This document shows positions 1 through 15,400 of a DNA stretch of 64,000 bases, piece by piece. This DNA comes from Lytechinus pictus (lineage: Eukaryota), in contig NC_087251.1 in NCBI RefSeq assembly GCF_037042905.1, positions 34,598,001 through 34,662,000 of the forward strand, given 5' to 3'. The stretch's first letter is position 1; every line of letters begins with the position of its first letter. A program made the translations under genes and the position numbers. Under the pieces are notes generated by a model. It saw only the letters and a list, made by a program, of their open reading frames with translations, was not told the origin of the DNA and made no database searches.

Positions 1-472
1 TAGTTTGATTTTTCTCTATTTATTCAAATCAACATTTTTTAGGGGTGGACTTGACCTTTAATACTGAAATCATTATGATGTCATGGGTTTGTACGCACAA
101 TATATGACCACTTTTTGAGACTTGAAGCATGCAATTCATATGTATCAGCATACATGTAAATGGTGTACTTTTTCTGACTACGTATGAACATGAAAACAAA
201 TGTTGATGAGGCTTTGAGCATACCTGAACAAAACATTATTCCACAGCTTGTTAAAATCTAGATTTTGTGAAAGCATGGTGAATGTATAGGTGACAAATAC
301 TCCTCTTTGTTTTATTTTATTTTTTTTACAGAATGCATTAATCTTGAACTATCAGTTGGATTTCAAGTACATTCCTTATGAAATAACTATTAACAAGAAT
401 GGAATTTAATAGTGTACATTGGAATTTCACAATGAAATAAAAAAGAATGTAGATTTCAAATAAGAAACTTAC

Positions 473-3400
473 ATGCGGATCCTCATGTTTGAGCAGAGTG
501 GAGAGGGACTCCACACACGTCTCCAAGGAGCCGTCCGATGGCTCCATCTTGCCACAGAGCCTGGAGACCACTGCCATGGCCGAGTGGAGGGTATCCTTGT
601 GGATCATGGAGCCGTTGTCTCGGATGAAAGATAAGACGCAATGGAGACCACCAGCCTCAAACACGGCTCCTGACTCCCTTGTGCACATCAGTTCAAGGAC
701 CTAGGTGACATATTAAAAATTATGAAAAACATATTGATATGAACTTTGATTTTTTAGGTTAAATTCAAGACTGGATTAATGGATATTGTAGTCCAGATTG
801 GGCCTTGGTGTTTGGAAGTTCTCTTTCCCAAAGCTAACATAGAGGGCACATGACTCCCACTCTCTAATCAGCGCCAATCCACTCATCTTCCCTTATATCA
901 AAAGTTGATTTTCCAAAATATACATGTACATTAAAACATTTTTTTTAATGCATAAATAATCAACTGGAAGTTCATTATGTTCATTTGAAGAAAAAAATCA
1001 AAATAAGATAAATGCAAATGTCATAATACATTATTTTCTTATTTCTATTTCATTTTAATAATTAAACCTTATTTCATATTCTAGACATTATAAAAAAAAA
1101 AACATTCAACCACATATAAAGCAATACCCATTGGTAAATACATGTAACATACAGTATCAAAGAATGTTTACCATATGTTGACACAACATTTCTTATTCCA
1201 TATTTCATGATATTGGACTAAAACATATTTCTATTTACGGAAAGATAAGGGGATTTGTGTAAATTATAGATTTCAAAGCTCTCTGCCAAGGTGCCCCTCC
1301 TTCATAATGCCTCTGGCAATCAAGATTAATTTTCCATCATGAAAGTCCCCCATGACTTTATAACACGATGGCATGTTTGGCACAAAGAAATGGTTTATAT
1401 TCACTTGGTCTACAAGAACTTGGTCTACTACATGTACTCAGTTCAGTTTAATACCAAATAGGCTAAACCCTTTGGTCTACTACCAATTTGGTCCAATTGC
1501 TGTTTGGTCTACTGCACTTGGTCTAATGTCTACTTAGTTCAATCTTACAGAAGATTAATGCCCAGTTGGTCTAATGTCCACTATTCATTTATAGTTTTTA
1601 CTTTGTTAAAAAAAAATGAAAATTTGATTCAGAAAGAGTTTATCTGTTCATATTGTATTAGACCAATACGAAATGAGTAATGTATATTAAACTGGACATT
1701 AGAAGAAATGTTAAATGGGCTTTGAAGTGGTAATTAATCAAATGGTAAGTAAACTAATAAGTTGTAGACGAACTACATGTAGGAGTAGACACCATGTGGG
1801 ATTAGACCAAATGGAAAGTAGACAAAACAGGTGTAGACCAATTGGCAATTTACCAAGAATTTAGTATAAAAGAAACCATTACTCAAGGTACATGCACGTT
1901 TACCTTAATGCATTGTTCAGCTAAATCCTTGCTGGTTCGACAAGACAGCTCGACAACAACCAGACGATTGCAAAGGGCCTTAACAGCGCCATCTACAGCC
2001 ACGATCCTACGAGTGCACTCCGCTGAGACATCCAGGTAGTAGGTGATGGCTCGGGCAGTGACTTCCAGTACGTTGTCCGGAGCATGCTCGTCAAGAAATA
2101 TACGGCACAGTGCGGGGAGAAAGGTTCTAGGTGGACAGCTGAATAAAAAGAAGAAAATAAAACATATATTTTACACATGACATTACAGGAATATTGTTAC
2201 TTGTTCATATTGTTCGCACGCTATAACAGAAACACCTACAATGTAGCTGTATCAAGTGCCCTTTTGTATCATCATCATCATTTTTTTCAATGTCCTACCT
2301 GTATAACTGCAATTTTGAAGGTAGTTTTGATAGATGAATTTTCACTCTTTTTACAGTGTATCAAATGCTTATGAAAATGTGACAAATGAGTAGAATATTA
2401 TGACTATAGGCCTTTATAAAATATTGTTTTTACCATGCTTGGAATATGTAGCACGCATACATTATATACATGTGCATGCAAACATTTGCAATGCCCATAT
2501 AAAAACATTTTAATATAATTTACATCACGGTTTTACTCATCCAGGAACATGCAGCTTTTTATTACCATCTGTATCATATAGAATGAGCAAACACACACAA
2601 ATAGATAAATACAGTCAGTGATGTGTAAATATGAGTACTGAAAGAAAACTACACTGTATATGACTCAACCCACACATCTTTTACCCAAACAATAATGAAA
2701 TATGTCCATCTCTATACACAGCTTACTACATGTACATGTATAATGTACCTACTGTTCCTCTGATTGTTATAAAAGTTTGTTAGAGTGCATGTTCATGTAC
2801 TCAGTAGATGATGTTGGTAATGTTCATGCCATGTATAAAGTTAGGCTTTACTGTACAACATATTGTAAGTAAAGAACCAGAGGATTATTGTTAAATTTTT
2901 TTTTGGTGAATAAAAACAGGAGTTTGTACAGTGTAGTTTTCAAAAGGCACTTCACTTATATTTTCTATCCACAATCTTCCAGTAACATAGCAGCCCCCCC
3001 CCCCTGCCTTAACATGCAATGTACTGATGTACATATTGAAGACAATATATTGGTGGTATTTAACTAAGTTTAGGGGAAGTTCATCCTGGCGATAAGTTGG
3101 TTTTAATATGGATTTTCAAAGTTTTAAATTATGTCCTATGTGAGCAGCTCCCTATACATGTACATTATTCATGCAACAACTTCCATTTAACAGATATGAT
3201 GAATAATATTATTTTCTTATAGCCAGGGGTATGCCATTACAGGTACAGGTGTACATGTGTCTGATGATAAATCCACTGCATAAATGAAATCAATTATGAC
3301 TTTTTTGAGAAAATGCAATTTGGTGGAATTTATCCACAGCTATACAGAGCTGCTCGTTTGTGACATCATAATTTCAAATTAAAAAAAATCTTTAGTCTGT

Positions 3401-6400
3401 TTCAATTTCTTTCACTAATTTTCATCAATCCTTCACCAATATCTTTCTCTAAATTTTTCCAGTTTTATCAGGGTGAAATTACCCTTAAAAATGTTTTGAA
3501 AATTCTCTCAACATTATTGTGGTACATGTACATGTATCAACATAAATAGGCCTACATGTACATGTAAATATATGAAAAACAGAACTACATGTAGTCCCAT
3601 AATAAAACCATAATTCATTATTTTGACTGAGTGTCAATCCAAACCATTGAAAGTTGACAACATACTTGCGCATAAATACATGTGCAAACGTAAAATCAGA
3701 AAATTATTTAGGCATCATAATAAATGATTCTCAAAACTGGAATGACCAATGCACGGCTTTACATTATTATATATAAAGATCCAACAAAATAATGGGAATT
3801 ATTAGAAGGAATGTTGTTAATTGCCCAATATCCATTTCAAAGTCTTTTTTAAACATTCGTTCACATAACTTAGAATCATGTATGGGATCCCCACAGAATA
3901 AATACAAAGACATGACTGAACGCATCCAAAAGCATTACGTAAAGATAATGTCCAAAGACTGGACTTCAAGTTATGTGTTATTAAAACAAATTAATATGAA
4001 CTTATTAAAAAAAGATGTAAATACCATCGGCTTGTTTTTTTTTATTATAAGATTGTACTCAACTTGATTAATGTAGGAGAAGTAAACACTGTAGGTCACA
4101 GAGCAAATAGAATAGGAAGAAATTATCACACTTACATAAGATGAATGTTCCATTTGCTAGTACAGATTATTATATTTCTTCTGGTAGTAACATGTAGCAA
4201 TCAATCACTTGTTGAAATTAGACACTTGAAATATCATTTATATGCAATTTTAGTATTTTTAAGAATTAATTGTTGTCTCCCTACTGTAGTTTTCATTTGG
4301 AACTTCAATCTATAATATGATATGCCTTGATATATGTTGCCTATTTGTATTCCTATCTAATGTCATTGATTATGTATTTTGTTTTATATTGTGGGATGCC
4401 TACTTGTATGGGTTTTTTCTAAACCTTGTTTGGCAATCTAAGATATGTAAAATTTGTCTGAATGAATTCAAATCAAATCAAGTGCAGCACATGTCTTCAA
4501 AATGTTGTTTTCACTCTGCTTTCAAATTCAAGGTCACATATTTCCACCGAAACTGCCTTCAAGTGAGGCAAGAGTGGCAGCTGCAGCAACACCTAATTGC
4601 CAATTTACTTCCCTGCGTGCTGATAAAGTGCATATGAAATTTATGGACAATTTTTTCCCCCATGCAGGCGCACCTTCAGCATATTTCCCCCACCAGACAC
4701 ATTTTGTACACAGATGTTCACAACCAATTACGGGATATATTTGTTTACACCGTGGCCAACATTTTCTCACAATTTATTACAATTTATGAAACTTAGATGT
4801 TTCTCAACATGAGTTCACAGTACCAGTATAAGTATTTCTTTTTTTTTTTTCATAACTGGAATTAAGAGACAGTGAAAGAATATTGATAGCAAAGGAACAA
4901 TTTATTCTGCTGGCAATCTTTTGCAATTAAAGTTAAATAATCTCATTTTGATAAGATTATTATTTTCTAAAATCATTATTCATATTTTATATTAATAAGA
5001 ATGATGAGCAAATTGTCATAATATATGTAAAATGGTATTTATTTAAAAAAAAACTGATAACAATTATATATTGTTCATCAACACCAAAATATATTAAAAC
5101 TGACAAAGTGACTAACATAAATTTTGTTAAAATTCTTTTACAAATTACATGTATAATCCTTCATTGTACAACGCCTACTTAGCTTGTTGTACGCGAGCAA
5201 ATGGGAGGCTGAATGTCAAACATTCGTACCGTTGCACAAAAGACGTACCATCCAAAATGTACCGTCCAAAATGTACCGTTGCACGGCTTTAGGAGGTGAC
5301 GTCACAATACGATTTAATTCATTGCGCTCGGTAAAAATGAACAATACGCGTATAAGCCAGCTGGCTAAATGCGCAAGGCTGCCCACGGTAATGTGCGCTT
5401 GTGGAATTTTGCTTTCTGCTTTCGGTATTTTTGCTCCCTTTTCATAGATTACTATAGGGATAAACTCTTTGTTTTTTCATATTTTCGCTAAATTCCGAGG
5501 CGTTGTACAACACAAATAGCGAATATCCTTATTCGTGCAATGGTGCGAGATTTCGCATTCGGTGAAAGAAAGAAACGCTCTATTCAACTCGGCTCACGCC
5601 TCGTTGAATAGAGCATCTTTCTTTCACCTCATGCGAAATCTCGCACCATCGCACTCATGCCTATTCGCTATTTGTATATTGTTCATCCATGTTTGCTTTT
5701 CAAACATTGTTTTTCTCAGCATGAATATTCCCTTGCTATGATACGATAGTCAGAACATTTGGGACACATTGCAATTCAATTAATGATTGAGTCATACAGA
5801 CATGAATACTTTGTCACAGGAATCCTGATCGCTCCCTGGCAATTATCCAAAACATATCATACAATGATCATCATGATGCGCAGTGTAAAATGTAAATTAT
5901 GTACATTGTGGTTTGCTTTGTTTGTAAACCTGACTTTGTAAAAATTGAGCTACATACGTGTACAGTGTATTTCCAGCACTGAGAACAAAATGAAAACTCT
6001 TTTGACATTTAGAATCAGAATGCCAACTTTGAACGTATACATCTTGAGATGATGTCATGTGCAAAATCATCTTATCCATATTGTACTGAGTTTATATTCT
6101 ACTTAAAAAGAATCTTAGCGTACACCTGTACTGTACATTGTATAGTATGAAATGGGTGCAAGAAATTGCCTAACCATTGCTTTCACATCATAACATGTCT
6201 ATTAGGGCAATTTGACGCCTGCCTTCCGTTCTCTTCTCGCGACTCGCTCAATGCCCGCAGCAAGGACATGATGTGAATGTGAATTAAGTCCTTGGATGGC
6301 AATGCCGTGTCTATGTTGTTAATATAAATAATTGTGATAAATGATAATGGTACAGATCTTTAGTTTACTCATAATTATTACAAGCATAAAGTGAGACAAA

Positions 6401-9400
6401 CAAATCAATGAAAATCGACAAATGCAAAATGGACATGAAAGTAATATTCTAAAAAATAATATTAATACAGTTCCTTGCGAGATGAAAATACTAGGCAACT
6501 GTCTTTTTCTTTCTTATTTATAAAAAAAATGTCAAAATGATTTCACCCTGCGAATAATCTAATGCATCAAATGTTACAGACTGATATCTCTTCATAGTTT
6601 TTTTTTCAATGTTTTTCAGTTACTAATAGCCGTATGGGTACTAGTATTCAACCCGGCATAATTCAAAGATTTTGACATATTCCCCAAAATATTTAGAAAT
6701 AGGGAATTTATCTTAATTTCATACCTTTGTTATTTCCAGGGTAATCTGTTGTCGATATTTTCTTTGTCAATCTGTCGACTGTATGCGCGGAGGATCGAAT
6801 TATGCGGCGATGGCCTTTTGCACTGAATGGTACTAGTATTCAACCTAGTGAGGATTGATAGCAAATCTCAAAAGGGTTTAGATTGCTAAATTAGATCTAG
6901 ATCTATGTAAGTCTCTGGCTTTGATTAATTCCCTGTTTGGTCTCATCTCAAATGGTCTAGTCCTTAGTCGGATGGGACAAGGGCAGATTGAGAGACAGGG
7001 CCATCTTTCATCGCTAGGTTGAATACTAGTGCCGACGGGTTGAATACTAGTACCAAAATCCGTCGCCGTATAATTCGATCGCCCGCGCACACAGTCAACT
7101 GGTTGAAGAAAAAAATAACGGAAAAAGAATAACCAGCATTTGCTCTTGGAAATAAGACGGGTCTGAAATTCAGGTAAATTCTGTATTTCTATATATTTGA
7201 GGAAACTCTCCAAACGGGTTGAATACTAGTGCCCTTACGGTACTTCATTAGTTCATTGTATGGCATACATAAGGGAACTTATTTTACAGGGCCTATTTTA
7301 GTTTCCTTTTTTCATTTTCAACGATAAATTGGTACATATATGTACAGTATGTTGTTTCTTTTTTTAATTGAAAGGCATTGTAGTGGTATTCTGTAATATC
7401 TTTAAAATTAAATGTATTTCATTTGTATATGATTGCATGCATTTTATATAGGGCTACAATATACAGTAATAACCTGTTTTTAATGGGAATATGAAAATAA
7501 ATCATCAAACAACAACAGGCTACTGGGGAAAATTGTATTCATTTTTTATAATCAATTAGAAATTATATTCAAATAATCAGAATTCATAAGGGGGAACAGC
7601 TAGCAAATGACATCACAAAATTAAAACTGGGTTTGTGCGTTTGATGGATTTAAATGTTCATTGTGTTTGTTAGCTAATATATTTTCCTCCTTTTTCTGGG
7701 GACCGACATAATTTCAAGGCAAACTTCCTCTTTAAATAAAACCAAGCATCTATTTTCATGAATTATTTGTTTGGAACCCCCCTGGTAGTGTGAGATATTA
7801 TACCCCTATATGCTTAACCTCTTGTTTTCCTATCCCTGTAGCCACTCTTGAGCATCAAAACACAAACATGAATTGGTATACATATGTTTACAAAACATTT
7901 AGAGAAATACAGTGTACATGTACATGTACATACTGTACTGATTGACTTACAAACTCCTTTGTTAAAAACTAGCAGTCACCAGGACTACATGTGATCATAC
8001 ATGTACATGTACATGTACATGCACTTGGATTATTATTTTCATTTTACATGTACCGGTACCTGTGCAGTAGTGCTTAAATACTAGACAAACAAAACCCCAG
8101 AAAGCACAACCTCAAGATCATTTTCACAAGTTACGCAAATAGTAGGCTAAAGCCTAATTCACTGGGTTCAAGAGATACATGTAAGAAACTTGGATTAATA
8201 AAGATAACAAAAATAAAAAGTTTTACTACATGTACTGTAGCTTGTTTAGATGAAAGCCTATAAAGATGCTACATGTAGACCAAAATTTTATGACTCTATA
8301 TGAAGTGCAAGCATTTTTTAATTTGGATTGGGTTGTCTCCATTGCATCAATACTACATGTACAGTAGACCGATCATGATCATGACACAAAGCTTTGTCAC
8401 AATGAGGGGATGATAAATAGCTGATTTTGACAATCTGTCATTCGCAGACATAAAATACTACAAGTATGTACATGCACCCTGACCAGTTCTGTGTCAGTAC
8501 ATGCAGTTATCTCTATCAAATGTACAGTATGATCAATCACTAAACTTTGAGTGACAGTGCCCTGATCCTAATCAATTGCATACTTCTTGTACATGTAACC
8601 TGGGCCCGTCTTTAATACAAAGAGATCCAATCATCTCAACTGTATGAAAATCCATCCATACCATAATTTTTACTACATATCACATGGAATATTCAAGAGA
8701 ACAAAGAATGTAACAGTATCGTATCTAGAAAACGCTTTGAACAAATTTGCATTTTAGATGTTGACGTTGCTGGCCATCCATAGCTGTGGTAGATCGCATC
8801 ATTCGCAACTCTTTGTAAGACGGGACCCAGGGTATGTTTCACAAAGATTTAAAAGTGTCTAAAATTTGCACTTTAAAATGCATGGGGTATAAAGCGCATC
8901 ACACCATTGGTAGGATCATGGTCAGGGGACAAAAAACAAAGTAGCATACAATGTACCGGTACTACATGTACATTTATACATGTATGTATTAATCAATGAG
9001 ATTCCACGTTAATTCCACGTTTGATCAGATAAAGAAAAATCAGACAAACAAAACACGGAAAATTTGATTAAAATCGGACAAGGAATAACAAAGTTATGAC
9101 ATTTTAAAGTTTGCATTATTCCGGTGAAGTATTTCGAGGCTTGTCTTCATGCATAATCAATGAGCAAATTGATGTCATATCCCCACTTGTTCTTTTGTAC
9201 ATTATTATATGAAATTAGGTTTATTCAATTTTTTTCCTTCCAAAACTTAAAACATTAGATTGAAAACCGGCACATAGGTAAGATATTCATCGCTGCAACT
9301 TATTTGTAGTTATAAGGGAGACATACATATCATTCACACATGTATGAAATAATGAAACAATTATGATTGCATGTAATAACATAAGAAAAGGGAAGGTGGG

Positions 9401-12400
9401 GATGCAACATCATCAGCCCACCTACCTGTAATCATGACAATGTGCATACACTGTTTTCACAAAACATTGCTTAACTTTAAAAGTCAATAACTTCGCTGTT
9501 TGTTAATGTTATCAGATTTTGAGGAAATTTTCAGCATTTTACTCTGTGAATTTTAATACATATTTCCAGCCCGGAGCATCCCTTTAAATATGGGCGTCTG
9601 CAAGTTTATATGTACATGTATGGACCTCTTGAAGAAACACCACCCTTGTTCTCAGTCAGTACTTACAGAACCCTACGTTTGTGTATTTCAGATTCAGAAC
9701 CCCCTCCAACCCCCCTCCCCCCTTCTCTCGCTTGCCTGTCTCGTCATGAGCACACAGAGCATGTTCTTGTCAACAGGGAGTCCTAACCCAATCACATGAC
9801 ATGCATGCCATGCCCTTATTACTCAGTGGTACCCCTATAAATAGCAGCAAACAACACCATAGGAATGCCTAACCCAACTGGGATACGTTCAGCATTGAGT
9901 GCTCTACGAAATGCACCATCAAGCTTCTGTTTACAACCATGATGCGGCCTGGGTGTTTCAAAACATTGGCTCAAGCAAAATTGACTGTTGGTCTGTTAGC
10001 CTATTAAAAATGTACATGTAGGCCTATTCATTGAACAGAAACAGAGTGATCTCAAATTGAACAGAAACAGAGTGATCTCAAATTACATTTAAAGGCATTT
10101 TTAGAACAGGATCCGATATAAAATATGTACATATACAAGTACACTAAATTTTTAAGTTTAACAAATAATAAATAATGAATAAATTTATATATATACATGT
10201 ACGAAATACTTAAAATCATTGTTAATTTTATCGTATCATCCTAGAAGCTATTACATGTAGCATGAGATACCCTAACCCAGGGAGCACCGGCCCGCGAGGC
10301 AAGTCAGATTTGCACTCAGAAAACTTTTGAACATGCCCAAAGCTTGCACGGAACGATGTGACAGGGCCTTTTCATGTACACTGTAGGCCCTACATGCTTC
10401 ACGGGCTGGTGCTCCCTGGGTTAGAGATACATGTACCCATATTTCTCAGTAGTACCCCTATAAAGAAGAACAAACAATAACAAAATATAAATGCCTATCC
10501 TAACTGGGATACATGTAGGCCTACATGTAGATTCAGCATTGGGTACTCTTCCGTGAAATGTGCCATCAAGCTTAGAACTGTTTACAACCTAGATGTGGCC
10601 TGCTGGGGGTGTTTCAAAACATTGGCTCAAGCTTTATACAATGCACAATTTAAAGGGATGGTCCAGGCTGAAAATATTTACATATAAATCTTAATACATA
10701 GAGTAGAATTCACTGAGCAAAATGCTGAAAATTTCATCAAAATCGGATAACAAATACCGTAATAAAGTTATTGAACTTTAAAATTTAGCAATATTTTGTG
10801 AAAAGAGTCGTCATGAATATTCATTACGTGGGCTGATGATGTCACATCCCCACTTTCCGTTTTCTTATGTTATTACATAAAATCATAATTATTTCATTAT
10901 TTCATACTTGTGTGAATAATATGTATCCCTTATAATGAAATACATTGTAAGTTGTAGTGCTCCATAAATATCTAATGCACTAAATCAGTTGTCAATCCAA
11001 TTTTTCTAGTTCTTGGAGGAAAAAAATTGAATAAACCTAATTTCATATAATAAAATACAAAAGAACAAGTGGAGATGTGACATCATCAGCCCACCTAATG
11101 AATATTCATGACGACTGTTTTCACAAAATATTGCTCAACTTTAAAATTCAATAACTTTGTTATTTGTTATCCGATTTTGATGAAATTTTCGGCAAATTCT
11201 ACTTTATTTGTTAAGCTATAAGTAGCACTTTCAGCCCAGACCATCTCTTTAAGCTTGTTAGCCTCCAATGAATTTAAATACAATACGTACATGTACACTG
11301 AACAGAAACAGAATGATCTCAATTCTCAAGTTGGCATTTTCAGAACACATACATGTATAGGGAGGGGACTATATTATGTTTGAATGAAGAGAATACTGTA
11401 CATTTCTGTATGGGCATGCATAAATGTAACAGATATGGTGGGTGTTTCATAAAGATGTTCGTATTAAAGTTAAGAGCGACTTTAAGAATGACTGGTGATC
11501 CTTTTTCGAGGTAAATGGTATATACACCAAAACGTTCATTGGCGATATTTTAGCACGTAAGAAAGGATCACCAGTCATTCTCAAAGTCGCTCTTCACTTA
11601 CAAACAGCTTTATGAAATGGCCCCCTTGTCTGAAAAGGGTGACCAATATTTTGTTTAGGCCTACATGTACATGTACATGTCTACATGTATATTATAGGCC
11701 TACATGTACATGTACAGTGTACATGTACATGAAAAGGCCCTGTCACATCGTTCCGTGCAAGCTTTGTGGGCAATCACCCGAAATAAAGTTTTGAGTACGG
11801 TATGTTCAAAAGTTTTCTGCATGCAAATCAGACTTGCGTGCGCTTCGGCGGGTAACATGTGTGTGAAATACTGTCAATGCGGGCGACCTGCGGGTAGCAA
11901 AATAGTCGCCCGCAAGGCTTGCATGGAACGATGTGACAGGGCTGACAACCTTTATTCACGACTCAATCATTTCATTTATAATTTATTTCAAAGAAAAATT
12001 ATCAAATCAACTACACTTAAGAAAATTCACAAATTTCAGAATAAGACTTTGTACATGTAAATCAGAGATGTGCGTCAATACGAAATAATTTGGCAACACG
12101 TGATTTTCCAAAATACATTAATGCAGGCCTACTGTACATTCTAAGACTTTTTTTTACAAGCCAACATGTACATGTATACTGATGATGATGTAATGCTGCA
12201 TATTTTGTATGCAAACGTTTTCAATTGTTTGCCATCTAAATATCAGAGACAAAGACTGGGCTTGATATCAATAGGTAGAACAGAAACCTTGCAGAGACTT
12301 TAATAACTCTATACAGGCAAGGCATGAGCAGCCAGGAAGAAACATAATCACAAACAATCCAGGCATACCGGTAAACTCAAGAACAATGATCAGAAATTTA

Positions 12401-15400
12401 TTAAATTGTGCATTTCTGGAACCAATCCTGTCCTCTAAATAAACTACATGTATATCATAAAGCGAAAAACTGAAACATTTCTTGTAAACTTATACATGTA
12501 TATATACATTGTATAGCAAGAAGTGTATGCAACAAATTTGGTCAATTAATTATAAGAGATACATGTATTTATGTAGGCCTACACTACAGTGTAGGCATAT
12601 ATTAATACATGTACATGTATGTAAGTATCAATAACTCAAATTTGGTTGCTTTGCTGAATACTTTTACTATCAACACTTGCTTCGCTTCGTTTTGTAATGT
12701 ACAGGATTGTAGCACAGAGCGGTGTTTATAAAAGGAAAAAGCTCCACCCCCCCCCCTCATATCTATTGAATATCACATTCACAACAACTTGCCCTAAACA
12801 TTATTTATGTGTACCCTGTTTGTACAAGCACACACAGGCGATCACACATTGCATCATTCAAGTATGTGTACATATACACGTAAATTGTACAGTGCAAGGG
12901 TTCTGTCATAATAATGTCTTGCTACGGGCAATTTTTCATTGCTGTACAGTGTACAAGACACAGTACTTGTACTACGTGGGACAGGTTCACACTTGAGTTT
13001 GATGAGCATAAAGCTGAAGGAGTTCATTATCCAGAGCTACATGTAGGTGATGAGGCACTGAGCCAACTGTCCCGGCTGGATATTGCAATATGCATGACTC
13101 ATATCAGACCAATACATTGTAAAAGCATGATGACAAAACAAGGAAGTCTCAATGATGTCATTGTCCCCTACTTGAGTCTAAAGAACGTTCTGGGTAATTC
13201 CCAGGTACATGTACATGTGATTACAAAACAGCATATATATGTAGTTTTTACATTCATTTGATGCAGTTTGTATACAAAGTACACGTACATGTATGCACAT
13301 GTAAATGTACAGTGTACAAGTATGGCAGGCCTACATGTATTGTATGTATGTGAACTTGGCTTTTGAGAGACCCCAGGTTTTCTTATAACAAAATGTCAAT
13401 CTTTGTTCTCCGGTAATGTACAATATAAATTGTAAATAGAAAAATTTTTTGGGGGGGGAACTTTATTTTATAGCAAACACATAGATCTACATGTACATGT
13501 ACACACAGATTCTCTTTATTGGATTTTGATTTGATTTGCATGATCTTTGGACTTGTTATGTTATGTTATGTTATGTTATACCGAGGTTGTTTTACCTGAC
13601 TGCTAAGAAAGCACGAATGCCTGTGAGCAAGCAACCAGGGGACCAACGGCTTAAGGTCCTCTCCGAGGGACCTGGTAATGAGGATAAATGCCTTACCAAA
13701 GGGCACTAGCGCACCACTTGGGAATCGAACCCGGGTCACCGGAATCCGAAACCCCCGCTCTACCGACTGAGCTATCGCGCCTCATTGTATTTTGATATTT
13801 TTCAGATATTGAGCCTGAAAAATTGTATTTTCCTGGATTCTGTGTTCTTCCTAAATTTTGTGGTGATAATAAAATGAAAGCTATACCATAGGCCTACATG
13901 TACATGTACAAAAGTCAATACTTGGATGATTAAATTGTGCATACCATAAATAGACCAAATACATGTACAGTACATGTATTTTGTGAAAACTGGTACAATT
14001 ACGGCTGTATATGAAAAAACAAATATGCCATTACATTTTATAACACACTTCAAACAATAACATCCTCTCTCAGACAGTAAAAAAAAAAAATCATACACAT
14101 GTATGAAGTCATCACCAAAAATTATTCATATCCTACTATTGACAACGTATTGTTCAAACTCACATTTCCTGAGGATGTGAGTACAATACTATGAAGTGTA
14201 CTTGTACATATGTATAATCAATGTACTGCGACATGTACTGTATGATGGAATATCTTTTTTTAACAACTAGTAATTCAATATGAAAAATGCATTGTATGTA
14301 AAGGAAGTAATGAAATGAATAGCATGTACATGGATAAAAATCTGTAAATTTGCAAAGGTTCACTTTCAATCCTCAATTTAAAAGTGCATTAAAATCTGAT
14401 CCACAGTAGGCCAACACACATCCCCCATCCCTTAAAAAATTAAACTCAATGGCCCGTATTCTGAAGTCAGGTTTAACGTAGACCACGGTCAAACTCTGTA
14501 CTAAAATTATGGGGAGCCAACATTTTTTTTTAAATCTGTCTGTATTGTACATAGATAATGTTTACTATTTTGTTTCCTTTTTCTTTCATAATGAAGAAAG
14601 ATAGTTCAGTCATCATTCCCAGACAATTATGAACAATTTGAGTGCCATAATGTGTTTTAAAAAATTGATGTGTACTAATAGGGATTCGTGCTCCAATTGG
14701 CTCTCCATAGTTAAGCCACAACTTTAAACCAAGGTTTAATTTAAACCAGGGTTTAATTCAAACCCGAGTTTGGAATATGGGCATATGATTACACAAACTT
14801 ACAAGTTACAACAGATAATCTCCTCAGGTACATACACTGTATTGTTTGTTAAAACAAGTAGTGTACAAAATGTAATGTGAAATTTATTTATCAATTTTTT
14901 TTATTACACCCTTGCCATTTAACCCTAATCATCCATTTATTAAAAGGTTTCAAATGTTTTTCAAAATCATAAACGTAATGATTCAGCCTCACTCAGGCCC
15001 AGGTTAAAAAGGTGACTGATATAAAATTGTTAACAACTTAAGACAAAATTACTGCGGAAATGAATAATGATGTTACATGTTGGTATACTGTTATTGTGGA
15101 TATGCTATCCCTGGAAAACATGTACAATGTGTACACTGTACATGTATCTCAATTACTGGAAATACTGAAAGAAAAAAAAAGGCACCTCACCACTTGTTAC
15201 ATGTACATGTACCTCATGTTCGTGTTCTTTATTCACTAGTCTAGTGATCTGGGAATCATTTTATGAAACAAATACAGGTAGTCTGTGAATTTCACTGACT
15301 ATTTTACCCTGAGTCGATCAGTTACTCAGATTTAAGTAGCTAAAAGTAAATAACAAATAGTCAGTGAGTTGACTATTATATTCCTGAAATGCCCCCCTGA

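Noticed and set aside
13710..13783. tRNA gene
   Set aside because: It has A/B boxes but continues into a SINE core and simple-repeat tail, with no proper acceptor stem.
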